Shown here: positions 41,790-50,820 of the stretch, one piece after another
Layout of the letters: every line of letters starts with the position of its first letter
Numbering within the stretch: position 1 is the first letter of the stretch
Assembly: GCA_903924985.1 (NCBI GenBank)
Contig: CAIYDT010000276.1
Coordinates: 5,582-69,581, forward strand
Length of the DNA stretch: 64,000 nt
Reading direction: 5' to 3'
From: an uncultured Acetobacteraceae bacterium
GTDB taxonomy: Bacteria; Pseudomonadota; Alphaproteobacteria; Acetobacterales; Acetobacteraceae
Translations under genes and position numbers: made by a program
The notes under the pieces: model-generated
Seen by the model: the letters and a program-made list of their open reading frames with translations, nothing else
Told to the model about the DNA's origin: nothing
Database searches by the model: none

Positions 41790-42044
41790 GGTTCTGCCGT
41801 CGTGCTTTCCCGTTGCGGGCGAACCTGGGGGTATGCTGAGGCACAATCGTGAGACTGCCCCAAGGTCATATGCCGATGAGGGCACTTCCCCAAGCTAGCC
41901 AAGATATCCACCGGCGTTGGTGCTGGCTGGTGCCTGGGCCCTCAAATCGGCCTCACACCGGGACTCCGCCACTTCGCGGCGAGTCCAGCCATCAGAGGCA
42001 CCGTAACGCCCAGGCGCCCCCCTGCCAATGGTTAATTTTGCAGC

Positions 42045-42875
42045 CTAATCCCGTGCAAGAATGATCGCGCGCTCGATTCCCGCCAAATCGGGGCGGAAAC
42101 AGGCGCTGAAGCCTGCCGCCTTGGCCAGGAGGGCAACTGCCGACCCCTGCCCTATCCCCAGTTCCAGCACGGCCGATCCGCATAACGTCAGCAGGTCGGG
42201 AAGGGCCTGAACGATCGCGCGGTATGCATCCAACCCGTCGGCACCGCCGTCCAGCGCCCTACTGGGTTCGTACCGGCTGACGTCCGGCATCAAATGTGGG
42301 ATCGTCGTGCTCATTATGTAAGGTGGGTTGCTCAGAATCAGGTCGAACCGCCCGTTCAGCGCCGCGGCCCAGTCGCCGCACAGAAACGCGGCGCGCGATG
42401 CCAGCCCCAGACATTTGGCGTTGCGCTGGGCCAGCGCAACCGCTTCGGGGGCCAGGTCGACGCCAATGCCGAAGGCGTCCGGACGCTCGTGCAGGACCGA
42501 CAACAGCAGGCATCCGGTGCCTGTGCCGAGGTCCAGTACACGCGCCGGCGGCGGGCGTTCCAGCGCGGCCTCCACGATGGTTTCCGAATCCGGCCGAGGG
42601 ATCAGGGTGGCGGGGGAAACCAGGAAATCCAGGCTCCAGAACCCTTGCCGCCCCAGGATATAGGCCATCGGCTCATGGGCCGCCCTGCGAACCAGCAGCG
42701 CGTCGAACAGCGTTGCGTCGACCTCGGCGGCTGGCGCCCGCAGCAGGTCGGCTTGGGTTCGGTTCAGGGCATGCGCCAGCAGCAGGCGGGCCTCCCGCGC
42801 TGGGCTCTCGATGCCGGCCTCCCGCAGAACCACGGCGCCCCGACGCAAGGCCTGGCCTACGGTCGCGACAGTCAC
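42045..42875 (-). CDS. prmC: Release factor glutamine N5-methyltransferase
   Basis: RR..HEP.AYILG, TLIPRPDSE, LDLGTGTGC, SNPPY, ALDGG.DGL, DLAGIER. Confidence 0.95.
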   Translation of the reverse strand: MTVATVGQALRRGAVVLREAGIESPAREARLLLAHALNRTQADLLRAPAAEVDATLFDALLVRRAAHEPMAYILGRQGFWSLDFLVSPATLIPRPDSETIVEAALERPPPARVLDLGTGTGCLLLSVLHERPDAFGIGVDLAPEAVALAQRNAKCLGLASRAAFLCGDWAAALNGRFDLILSNPPYIMSTTIPHLMPDVSRYEPSRALDGGADGLDAYRAIVQALPDLLTLCGSAVLELGIGQGSAVALLAKAAGFSACFRPDLAGIERAIILARD

Positions 42876-43059
42876 ACGAATCGGTCCTGGCTCATCGGCG
42901 CAAACTGGGTCGGCGATCGGAAGACGTCAACGCATCTCACGAATGCGCGGTTATGTTGAGACCGATGCACGGCCGAGCAACGCCGTCATGGCGCGTTGGC
43001 GAGGTTCGGAGAGCAGGTTCCAACGGAGGTCCGTATAACGCGTTCGTTACGGGCGCTTG

Positions 43060-43440
43060 TGACTGGACGGCATCGTCATCCTCGACGCGTTGGCGCCCTT
43101 CAGCATCGGCAGCCCGAGCGTCGGCGTGGTCTGCTCGGGTAATCCGCAGGACCGGGTGGTGTGGTCGGACAAGATCGGGCTGCTCGATATTCTACTATTT
43201 CGTGCGGGATACCAAGGGCGCCGGTTCGGTCAACCGGATCGTGACGACCGGATATCCTTCTCAACCGCTCCGCGTCGCCTACCGCACCGACGGTCTCGGG
43301 ACGAACGCGCAGGCGTGCGACCGCCGCTTCCGGTTCAGCTATGCGGAGGTCGCGCTGCTTCACCGGTCGGCCCGCTTGGAAACTCACCATTGGCTTGCTC
43401 GGGAGAACGACCCGGCGCTCGTGCTTTTCGAGCGCCCGAA
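43060..43440 (+). pseudogene. Probable frameshifted fragment of an unidentified protein gene
   Basis: Protein-like reading in two successive frames (LDGIVILDALAPFSIG...WSDKIGLLDI, then FYYFVRDTKGAGSVNRIV...PALVLFER); no start; abuts a palindromic element. Confidence 0.35.
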
Positions 43441-43443
43441 AGG

Positions 43444-43607
43444 TTTCGCACCGAGGGCACCGAGGCAGACAAAGCCACAGAGGGCCGCCGAGGGCATCAG
43501 CCAGCGGATCGTGCTTGTCGTCACAAGGCAGTCTCCGATGGCGGGCCGTACGGCGGCGCTCTGAGGCCCTCGATGGCTTTGTCTGCCTCGGTGCCCTCGG
43601 TGCAAAA
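43444..43607. repeat. REP/MITE-like long inverted repeat
   Basis: Perfect 30-bp arms GCACCGAGGGCACCGAGGCAGACAAAGCCA at 43448-43477 and its reverse complement at 43574-43603, with imperfect inward extension. Confidence 0.85.
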
Positions 43608-43795
43608 TATGACCGGATTCGTACCAAACTGACCCCCAATCGGGCGCACGCAGGTCAACGACGGCCGGCATGGGCCGTGACGGTGAGAGAATGGCCTACC
43701 ACCGGTTTTGCCCGACTTACGAATGCCAGGGTGTGCTCATTCAGCACATGCAGGAAGCCCGGCGGGCCGCCGCGATGCTGGATATCGTTGCCTCC

Positions 43796-44260
43796 TTACA
43801 ATCCGAGATCTGACAAGCCAGGATAATCGTCGGGGCGCCGCCCGGCCGGCCAATGGAATTTGCGCTCGCTCTCCGCGATCGGAACATCGTTGATGCTGGC
43901 AATGCGGATGCGCATGAGGCCTTCGCCGTCGAATTCCCAGTTTTCGTTGCCGTAACTACGGAACCACTGGCCGCTGTCGTCGTGCCATTCATAGGCAAAC
44001 CGGACTGCGATGCGTTTGTCGCGAAAGGCCCAGACTTCCTTGATCAGGCGGTAATCCAGTTCCCGATGCCATTTGCGGGTCAAGAACGCCTCGATCGCGG
44101 CACGCCCTTCGACAAATTCCGCCCGGTTTCGCCAGCGGCTGTCCGGAGTGTAGGCCAGGGCCACACGCGCGGGATCGCGACTGTTCCAGGCATCTTCGGC
44201 CATACGCGCTTTCTGCGCGGCGGTATCGTGGGTGAACGGGGGTAAGGGCGGGCGGGACAT
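43796..44260 (-). CDS. DUF1348 / NTF2-like (SnoaL-fold) protein
   Basis: [54 protein letters not shown]. Confidence 0.92.
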   Translation of the reverse strand: MSRPPLPPFTHDTAAQKARMAEDAWNSRDPARVALAYTPDSRWRNRAEFVEGRAAIEAFLTRKWHRELDYRLIKEVWAFRDKRIAVRFAYEWHDDSGQWFRSYGNENWEFDGEGLMRIRIASINDVPIAESERKFHWPAGRRPDDYPGLSDLGL

Positions 44261-44307
44261 GGGTATTCTCCGAAAAGAGGGCCGCTGCTACGTCGTTCCC
44301 AGCGCCG

Positions 44308-45810
44308 CTAGGCCCGCTGGTGCCGGCGCATCAGAAAAAGCAGCAGCATTGGCGGCACGACGGTCAGCGTCATCATACGAAAGTCGTTGCTGAACGCGAT
44401 AATTTGTGCCTGATGGTTGATCATCTCATCCAGCAGTGCCGCCCCGTGGCGGGTAAGCGGATCCAGCACCCGGCCAGCGTAATCGCCCGCCTGCAACGCT
44501 CGGTCGAACGGCGTGATCCCCGCCGCGATGTCCGCGTGCGTGGTCTGAATACTGCGCGTGAGGGTGGCGGAGGTGATGGAGATCCCAATAGCCGCACCGA
44601 TATTACGGGCCAGCGACTGCATCGCCGTTCCCTCCCCGCGCAGCACCGGGGACAGCGTGGTGTAGGCCATCACCGACATCGGATTGAACACCAGCCCGAT
44701 GGCGAAGCCTTGCACAACCAGCGACAGCATCATCTCGGTCTGCGTGACGTCGGGGGTCCAGGTGCTCATTTCATACATCGCGCCGCCCAGGACCAGCAGT
44801 CCCACCGCCATGATCTTACGTTGATCGACCCGCATGCCGAGCCGGCTGGCGAGGAACATGGAACCGATCATGCCGAAGCCGCGCGGCGACATGGCGATGC
44901 CCGCCGTGTAGACCGGGTAGCCGGCGAGATTTTGTAGATAGGGCGCCAACAGCGCCGCCGTCGACATCATCACCGACGAAATGCAGAACACCATGATCAT
45001 GCCGGACGCGAAATTCCGGTCCTTGAACAACGCCACCGACAGGAACGGCTTGTCCGCCGTGAACATGTGCACAAGGAACAAATAGAACGCGAGTGCTGCC
45101 GTCACCGCCTCGATCCAAATCTCCCGCGAGGTGAACCAATCCAGCTCCTGGCCCCGGTCCAGCATCATCTGCAACGACCCCGCGCCCAGCGCGAGCATCG
45201 AGAAGCCGTACCAACTGAACCGCAACTCGGGTTTCGCCGGCACGTCCGGCATGAAGATCGCCAGGCCGACGGCAGCCAGAATGCCGAACGGCAGGTTCAC
45301 GTAGAAAACCCAGCGCCAACTATACAGGTCGGTCAGATATCCGCCCAAGGTCGGCCCCATGATCGGGCCCATGGTGATGCCCATGGAGAAGATCGCCATC
45401 GCCTGGGCTCGGCGGGAGAACGGGTAGATGTCCAGCATCGTCGCCTGCGACAAAGGCGCCAAGGCGGCGCCGCACATGCCTTGCAGCAGCCGGAACGCGA
45501 CCAATTGCTCCAGCGTTTGCGCCGCGCCGCATAGCATTGAGGTCAGAGTGAATCCGGCAATACAGCCGATGAACAGCTTCTTACGGCCGAATCGCACCGC
45601 CAGCCACCCCACCGGTGCGGTCATGATGGCGGCGGCGATAACGTAGGAGGTCAGAACCCATGTCACCTCATCGCGGGAGGCCGACATGCTGCCCTGCATG
45701 AAGGGCAACGCGACGTTGGCGATGGTGGAGTCCAGCGTTTGCATCAGCATGGCCAGCATGGCCGAAGCGGTGATCAGCGCCCTGTGCTTGACCGGCGGGT
45801 TATCGGACAT
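44308..45810 (-). CDS. DHA2 (EmrB/QacA) family MFS efflux transporter, copy 2
   Basis: LDSTIANVALP, WVLTSY, GPTLGG.LT..SWRWVFYVNLPFG, LDRGQELDWF, RNIG. Confidence 0.93.
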   Translation of the reverse strand: MSDNPPVKHRALITASAMLAMLMQTLDSTIANVALPFMQGSMSASRDEVTWVLTSYVIAAAIMTAPVGWLAVRFGRKKLFIGCIAGFTLTSMLCGAAQTLEQLVAFRLLQGMCGAALAPLSQATMLDIYPFSRRAQAMAIFSMGITMGPIMGPTLGGYLTDLYSWRWVFYVNLPFGILAAVGLAIFMPDVPAKPELRFSWYGFSMLALGAGSLQMMLDRGQELDWFTSREIWIEAVTAALAFYLFLVHMFTADKPFLSVALFKDRNFASGMIMVFCISSVMMSTAALLAPYLQNLAGYPVYTAGIAMSPRGFGMIGSMFLASRLGMRVDQRKIMAVGLLVLGGAMYEMSTWTPDVTQTEMMLSLVVQGFAIGLVFNPMSVMAYTTLSPVLRGEGTAMQSLARNIGAAIGISITSATLTRSIQTTHADIAAGITPFDRALQAGDYAGRVLDPLTRHGAALLDEMINHQAQIIAFSNDFRMMTLTVVPPMLLLFLMRRHQRA

Positions 45811-45820
45811 AAGGCACGCT

Positions 45821-47353
45821 CTAATCATCCCCCGCGGCGGTTTGCGGGGCCGGCCGCACATGCCGGCGCATCACCAGCAGCAACAATAGCGACGGCACCA
45901 CCACCAGTCCCATGATGCGGAAGTCGCTGCTGAAGGCCACGATCTGAGCCTGATGGTTGACCATCTGGTCCAGTACCACCGCGCCATGCCGGGTGGCCGG
46001 ATCCAGCACGTGCGACACCGTATCGCCGCTCTGCAACACCCGGTCGAACGGCGTGATGCCAGCGACGATATCGGCGTGCGAAGTCTGCGTGTTGCGCACC
46101 AACATCAGCGAGGTCACCGACACGCCCACCGCCTGGCCGAGGTTGCGGCACAGCGCCTGCAACGATGTGGCAAAGCCGCGCAAATGCGTCGGCAGAGTAG
46201 TGAACGCCATCACCGTCATCGGATTGTTCGCCAGGCCGATGGCGAAACCCTGCAGCATCAAGGTCAGCATCATCTGGTGCTGCGACACGTCGGGGGTCCA
46301 ATAGCTCATGGCGTTCAGCGCGAGTCCCAACGTTATCAGGCCGGAAGCCATCACCAAGCGGTGGTCGACCAGGGCAGCGATGCGGCTGGCGGTCAGCATT
46401 CCGATCGCGGTGCCGAAACCGCGTGGCGCCATCGACCAGCCGGCAGTGTCCACCGGGTAGCCGGCAAGGCTCTCCAGGTAGGGGGCCATCAGCGCGGAAC
46501 TGGCCAACATCACCGTGGCGGTGAAGAACACCATGCTCACGCCGCAAGCGAAGTTGCGGTCCGTGAACAGGCCGGGCGGCAGGAACGGCCGCTCGGCGGT
46601 GAACATGTGAACGACGAACAGATATAAGCCGAGGCCGGCCAGAACCGCCTCGATGACGATTTCGCGCGAAGAGAACCAGTCCAGTTTCTGGCCGCGGTCG
46701 AGCATGAGTTGCAACGCGCCGACGCCCATTGCCAGCACCGCGAAGCCGGTCCAGTCGAATTTCAGTTCGGTGCGAGGGGCTGCCTTCGGCAGGAAGATCA
46801 GCAGGCCGGTGATCGCCAGGATGCCGAACGGCAGGTTGACGTAGAAGACATAGCGCCAGTTGTACACCTCGGTCAGATACCCGCCGAGGGTCGGGCCGGT
46901 GATCGGGCCTACCATGACGCCCATGCCGAAAATGGCCATCGCCTGAGCGCGTTTCTCGAACGGGTAAATGTCCAGCATGGTGGCCTGCGACAGGGGTATC
47001 AGAGCCGCGCCGCAGATGCCCTGCAAGAAGCGGAAGCAGACCATCTGTTCCAGCGAGTCGGCGGCACCGCACATCATGGAGGCGATGACAAAGCCGATCA
47101 TGCAAAACACGTGCAGGCGCTTGCGGCCGAAGCGCACCGCCAGCCAGCCCACTGGCGCCGTCATGATCGCGGCGGCGATGACGTAGGAGGTGAGCACCCA
47201 CGTGATCTCATCGGCGCTGGTGGACATCGTGCCCTGCATGTAAGGTAACGAGACGTTGGCGATTGACGCGTCCAGCGACTGCATCAGGTTACCCAGCATG
47301 ACGCAGAGCGTGATCAAGGCTCTGTTGGGGACTTTCTGGGCGATGCCTGACAT
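45821..47353 (-). CDS. DHA2 (EmrB/QacA) family MFS efflux transporter, copy 1
   Basis: Same motifs; clear paralogue of the adjacent gene. Confidence 0.93.
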   Translation of the reverse strand: MSGIAQKVPNRALITLCVMLGNLMQSLDASIANVSLPYMQGTMSTSADEITWVLTSYVIAAAIMTAPVGWLAVRFGRKRLHVFCMIGFVIASMMCGAADSLEQMVCFRFLQGICGAALIPLSQATMLDIYPFEKRAQAMAIFGMGVMVGPITGPTLGGYLTEVYNWRYVFYVNLPFGILAITGLLIFLPKAAPRTELKFDWTGFAVLAMGVGALQLMLDRGQKLDWFSSREIVIEAVLAGLGLYLFVVHMFTAERPFLPPGLFTDRNFACGVSMVFFTATVMLASSALMAPYLESLAGYPVDTAGWSMAPRGFGTAIGMLTASRIAALVDHRLVMASGLITLGLALNAMSYWTPDVSQHQMMLTLMLQGFAIGLANNPMTVMAFTTLPTHLRGFATSLQALCRNLGQAVGVSVTSLMLVRNTQTSHADIVAGITPFDRVLQSGDTVSHVLDPATRHGAVVLDQMVNHQAQIVAFSSDFRIMGLVVVPSLLLLLVMRRHVRPAPQTAAGDD

Positions 47354-47445
47354 GGCGTGCTCTTCTGCAACACCGGGAGTGTCGCGCCAATCCGCCGGGT
47401 GCGCCACCCCTTCCTAGGCAAACCGCCTGGGAATATGCTGCGAGC

Positions 47446-48414
47446 ATGGCAAATACACACAGCACCCGCGTTCTCATCATCGGCGCCGGCCCCGCCGGCT
47501 ACACGGCGGCTATCTATGCCGCCCGCGCCAATCTGGAACCCATTTTGGTGGCCGGATTGCAACCCGGCGGCCAGCTCACGATTACTACCGATGTCGAAAA
47601 CTACCCAGGTTTCGCCGACGTTATCCAAGGCCCCTGGCTGATGGAGCAGATGGAGGCGCAGGCCCGTCACGTCGGCACCAATATCGTCAACGACATCGTC
47701 ACGCGGGCAGACCTTTCCAAACGACCCTTCCGCTGCGAAACCGATTCGGGCGATGTGTACTTCGCCGACTCCGTCATCGTCGCAACCGGCGCACAGGCCC
47801 GATGGCTCGGTCTTGAGGCCGAGATGCGGCTGCAAGGCCGCGGCGTGTCGGCCTGCGCCACCTGCGACGGGTTCTTCTATCGCGGCAAGAACGTCGCCGT
47901 GGTCGGCGGTGGCAACACGGCGGTGGAGGAAGCGCTCTATCTGACGCACCACGCCGAACACGTGACCCTGGTTCATCGCCGCGACTCGCTGCGGGCGGAG
48001 AAGATCCTGCAAGGGCGGTTGTTCGCCAACCCGAAGATCGGCGTGCTGTGGAACAGCGCGGTGGACGACATCCTGGCCGGGGGCACACCGGAGGGCGTCA
48101 CCGGCGTGCGCCTGCGCGACACGGTCACGGGTGCATTGAACGATCTGGCGGTGGACGGCGTGTTCATCGCGATCGGCCACAGCCCCACGACCGAACTGTT
48201 CCAAGGCCAGCTCGCGATGGACAAGGACGGCTATATCCAGACCACACCGGGTAGCACCCGTACCTCGATCGAAGGCGTGTTCGCGGCCGGCGATGTGCAG
48301 GACAAGCTGTTCCGCCAGGCCGTCACGGCGGCCGGAACCGGCTGCATGGCGGCGTTGGAGGCCGAAAAATGGCTGGCGGAGCACGAGCACGCGCCGGCAC
48401 TGGCGGCGGATTAG
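47446..48414 (+). CDS. trxB: Thioredoxin-disulfide reductase
   Basis: GAGPAGYTAA, GGQL, CATCDG, GGGNTA.EEA, HRRD, FAAGDV..FRQA.TAAG.GC. Confidence 0.97.
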   Translation: MANTHSTRVLIIGAGPAGYTAAIYAARANLEPILVAGLQPGGQLTITTDVENYPGFADVIQGPWLMEQMEAQARHVGTNIVNDIVTRADLSKRPFRCETDSGDVYFADSVIVATGAQARWLGLEAEMRLQGRGVSACATCDGFFYRGKNVAVVGGGNTAVEEALYLTHHAEHVTLVHRRDSLRAEKILQGRLFANPKIGVLWNSAVDDILAGGTPEGVTGVRLRDTVTGALNDLAVDGVFIAIGHSPTTELFQGQLAMDKDGYIQTTPGSTRTSIEGVFAAGDVQDKLFRQAVTAAGTGCMAALEAEKWLAEHEHAPALAAD

Positions 48415-48539
48415 CAATTTTTTGGCGGATTGGCCCCATTCCCGCCACAAGACTCGGATAATCTTGTATTATATTACACTGCCTCGGGTACGCTCGAGAC
48501 GGTTGGCCGGCATGAACCGGCCCAGGGAAAGGCTGAGTC

Positions 48540-49424
48540 ATGGACTGGGACAAGCTGCGCGTGTTTCACGCGGTGGCCGAAGCTGGAAGCTTCACGCATG
48601 CGGGCGACACGCTGAACCTCAGCCAGTCCGCCGTGTCACGGCAGATTTCCGCACTGGAGGAGAACCTCCAGGTGCCGCTGTTCCATCGCCATGCGCGCGG
48701 CCTCATCCTGACCGAGCAAGGCGAGGCGTTGAACCGTACCGTGCGGGAGGTGTTCGCCAAACTGGCGATGACCGAGGCGCTACTGACCGAGTCGAAGGAG
48801 AAACCCGCGGGCCGGTTGAAGGTGACCACCACCGTGGGTTTCGGTTCGTCGTGGCTGGCGCCGCGATTGCAAGGCTTCCTCGAAGCCTATCCGGATGTGT
48901 CGGTGTCGCTGCTGCTGGACGATTCCGAGCTGGATTTGGCGATGCGGGAGGCGGATGTGGCCATCCGCATGCACCCACCGAAGCAGCCCGATCTGGTACA
49001 GCGCCATCTGATGACCATGCACTGGCACGTCTGCGCGTCGCCAGAGTACCTCAAGAAGTACGGCGTGCCGCAGCGGCCCGAGGACCTGGACGAGCACAAG
49101 CTCATTCTGTTCGGGCAGCACCATCCGCCGGTCGAAGAGGTCAACTGGTTGGCCGAAGCCGGTCGCCGGCCGGGCAATCCCAGGCGCGCGCTGCTGGACG
49201 TCAACAGCGTGCACGCGGTGTTGTTGGCGATCCGCTCCGGATTGGGCATCGGCGCCTTGCCTGACTGGGCGATGGCGGAAAATCCCGATCTCGTGCGCAT
49301 CCTGACGGACCTGAAGGGTCCTAAGGTAGACGTGTATTTTGTCTATCCGGAGGAGCTTCGCAACTCGAAACGCGTCGCCGTCTTCCGTGACTTCCTGCTC
49401 GCGCGCCTGGCGGAGATTCACTAG
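48540..49424 (+). CDS. LysR family regulator, LsrB/VtlR-like
   Basis: MDWDKLRVFHAVAEAGSFTHAG..LNLSQSAVSRQ, DLAMREADVAIR, RVAVFRDFL; directly after trxB as for LsrB/VtlR orthologues. Confidence 0.9.
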   Translation: MDWDKLRVFHAVAEAGSFTHAGDTLNLSQSAVSRQISALEENLQVPLFHRHARGLILTEQGEALNRTVREVFAKLAMTEALLTESKEKPAGRLKVTTTVGFGSSWLAPRLQGFLEAYPDVSVSLLLDDSELDLAMREADVAIRMHPPKQPDLVQRHLMTMHWHVCASPEYLKKYGVPQRPEDLDEHKLILFGQHHPPVEEVNWLAEAGRRPGNPRRALLDVNSVHAVLLAIRSGLGIGALPDWAMAENPDLVRILTDLKGPKVDVYFVYPEELRNSKRVAVFRDFLLARLAEIH

Positions 49425-49510
49425 TCCATTTCGGATTCAGCATGGGCGTTCATTACGTCCCGCATGCAACAATCGCGCATCCGTGCCTCTCGCGAATGTG
49501 TTGTCGCGTG

Positions 49511-49529
49511 CCATGCATGATCGGCATGG
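49511..49529. promoter_or_regulatory. LysR-type palindromic site upstream of the sRNA candidate
   Basis: CCATGC-ATGATCG-GCATGG (T-N11-A core); a related ATGC-N9-GCAT lies near 49464-49480. Confidence 0.55.
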
Positions 49530-49584
49530 CCGCTACCGGGAATTGGCGATAGATCAATTCCACCGACCGGCCTAAGTTCCTTTC

Positions 49585-49716
49585 ACCGAATACGGTGGCT
49601 CTGCCGCCAGTTTTTCAGCCCGATGGGCTGGAAGGGGGTCTCTGATCCCTACGTCTCCCAGACGTGAAGCCTCCCTGTATACTTACCCCCGGCCAAAAGC
49701 CGGGGGCATTTTTTGT
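49585..49716 (+). ncRNA. Candidate trans-acting sRNA with anti-SD motifs (AbcR/suhB-like architecture)
   Basis: -10-like TAAGTT at 49573; consecutive hairpins; CTCCCA and CCTCCCT motifs; ends in an intrinsic terminator; no ORF. Confidence 0.6.
49686..49716 (+). terminator. Intrinsic terminator
   Basis: CCCCCGGC-CAAAA-GCCGGGGG followed by CATTTTTTGT. Confidence 0.85.
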
Positions 49717-49746
49717 ACATACTGTTTCGTTCCGTTACACGCGGTG

Positions 49747-50820
49747 TTATCGCACGCGGGACAGGCCCAGTGCCTGGAGGACGTTATCGTCCAGTACCGG
49801 TCTGGCGACTGGCGGACGCGGCACCGCGAAACCCATGATGTCGTCATAGCCCCACAACGCCCAACCGATCCCGGATGCTTCCAGCGCCTGACGCACGGTG
49901 CTCAGCCAGACCATTCGAGCGGCGGGGTTCAGGGCGGAGGAGGCCCCGAACTCCCCGGCCAGTAAAGCAACACGGTTGTTCCGCGCCCAGGACGCGGCGG
50001 CCTCAATGCGCTGCCCGATGGCGGCCTGGTTCCATCCCATGCCGCAGTAGTAACGCATCAGGTCGGCGGTCGCGGGATTCGCCGTGGCAGTTGCTTCGCA
50101 CGCCATTCGATCAGTCACCGGGAATGGCAACCGCGCGAGCGCGGCTCGATCGAGGTTGGCACGATACGCGGCGAGCGACGTCAGCTCCGGCGGATCGTAG
50201 AAATGGAAGCTGTAGACGACATTCGGGTCAGTTTCCCTGGTCAAGGCCAGTAGCCCACGGATGCTGCCCCAGTCCTGCCCGGTCAGCACGATGGTACTAT
50301 CCGGCAGCGCGACGCGAATATCGCTCAGAATCGCGTGCTGCAATGCGGCCCAGCCGGCGGTGTCAACAGGGAAGACAGGCTCATTCAGAATTTCAGGGAA
50401 GGTCAGGTTCGGTTCGCAACGGCGCAGGGCTGAGGCCATGGTGCGCCAGAAGTCGTGCAGGCGGGCGCGATCCATCGCGCTGGTTTCCAGGTACCAGCCT
50501 TCCGTATGAGCGTCCACAACCACCGCCAGACCTTGGCGTTGCAACCGGCACACGGCGGCGACCGCGACATCGAGTACTCCTGGGGACTCCAACACGGCGG
50601 GGTCCATCGCCAGGCGCACGAAACCGAACCCGGCGCGATGCAGGTCCGCCATGGCCGCGTCGGTCATCCAGCGCGCGAGGGCCACTGGGACGCGGCTAAC
50701 GGGGTAGCGGAACCAGCCGGTGATATTCACGCCGTGCCGCAACAGCGCCAACCGACTCTCCGGCGGCTGTGCCCAGGACGGCAACGCCAGCAGCAGCATC
50801 ATGGCCACCAGGCGGATCAT
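49747..50820 (-). CDS. Secreted glycoside hydrolase, family 5 (cellulase-like)
   Basis: Signal peptide; LRHGVNI, GF..VRL, acid/base EILNEP, YSFHFYDP, nucleophile GEFG, GWALW. Confidence 0.85.
   Translation of the reverse strand: MIRLVAMMLLLALPSWAQPPESRLALLRHGVNITGWFRYPVSRVPVALARWMTDAAMADLHRAGFGFVRLAMDPAVLESPGVLDVAVAAVCRLQRQGLAVVVDAHTEGWYLETSAMDRARLHDFWRTMASALRRCEPNLTFPEILNEPVFPVDTAGWAALQHAILSDIRVALPDSTIVLTGQDWGSIRGLLALTRETDPNVVYSFHFYDPPELTSLAAYRANLDRAALARLPFPVTDRMACEATATANPATADLMRYYCGMGWNQAAIGQRIEAAASWARNNRVALLAGEFGASSALNPAARMVWLSTVRQALEASGIGWALWGYDDIMGFAVPRPPVARPVLDDNVLQALGLSRVR

Noticed and set aside
42931-43740. Similar short segments translating LTNARLC (about 42936) and LTNARVC (about 43717) flanking the gene-poor gap
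   Set aside because: Only about 9 identical bases, no shared start or context; compatible with chance.
43670-43813. 47-aa ORF MGRDGERMAYHRFCPTYECQG...
   Set aside because: No SD or motif, and it overlaps the DUF1348 3' end; cannot be supported.
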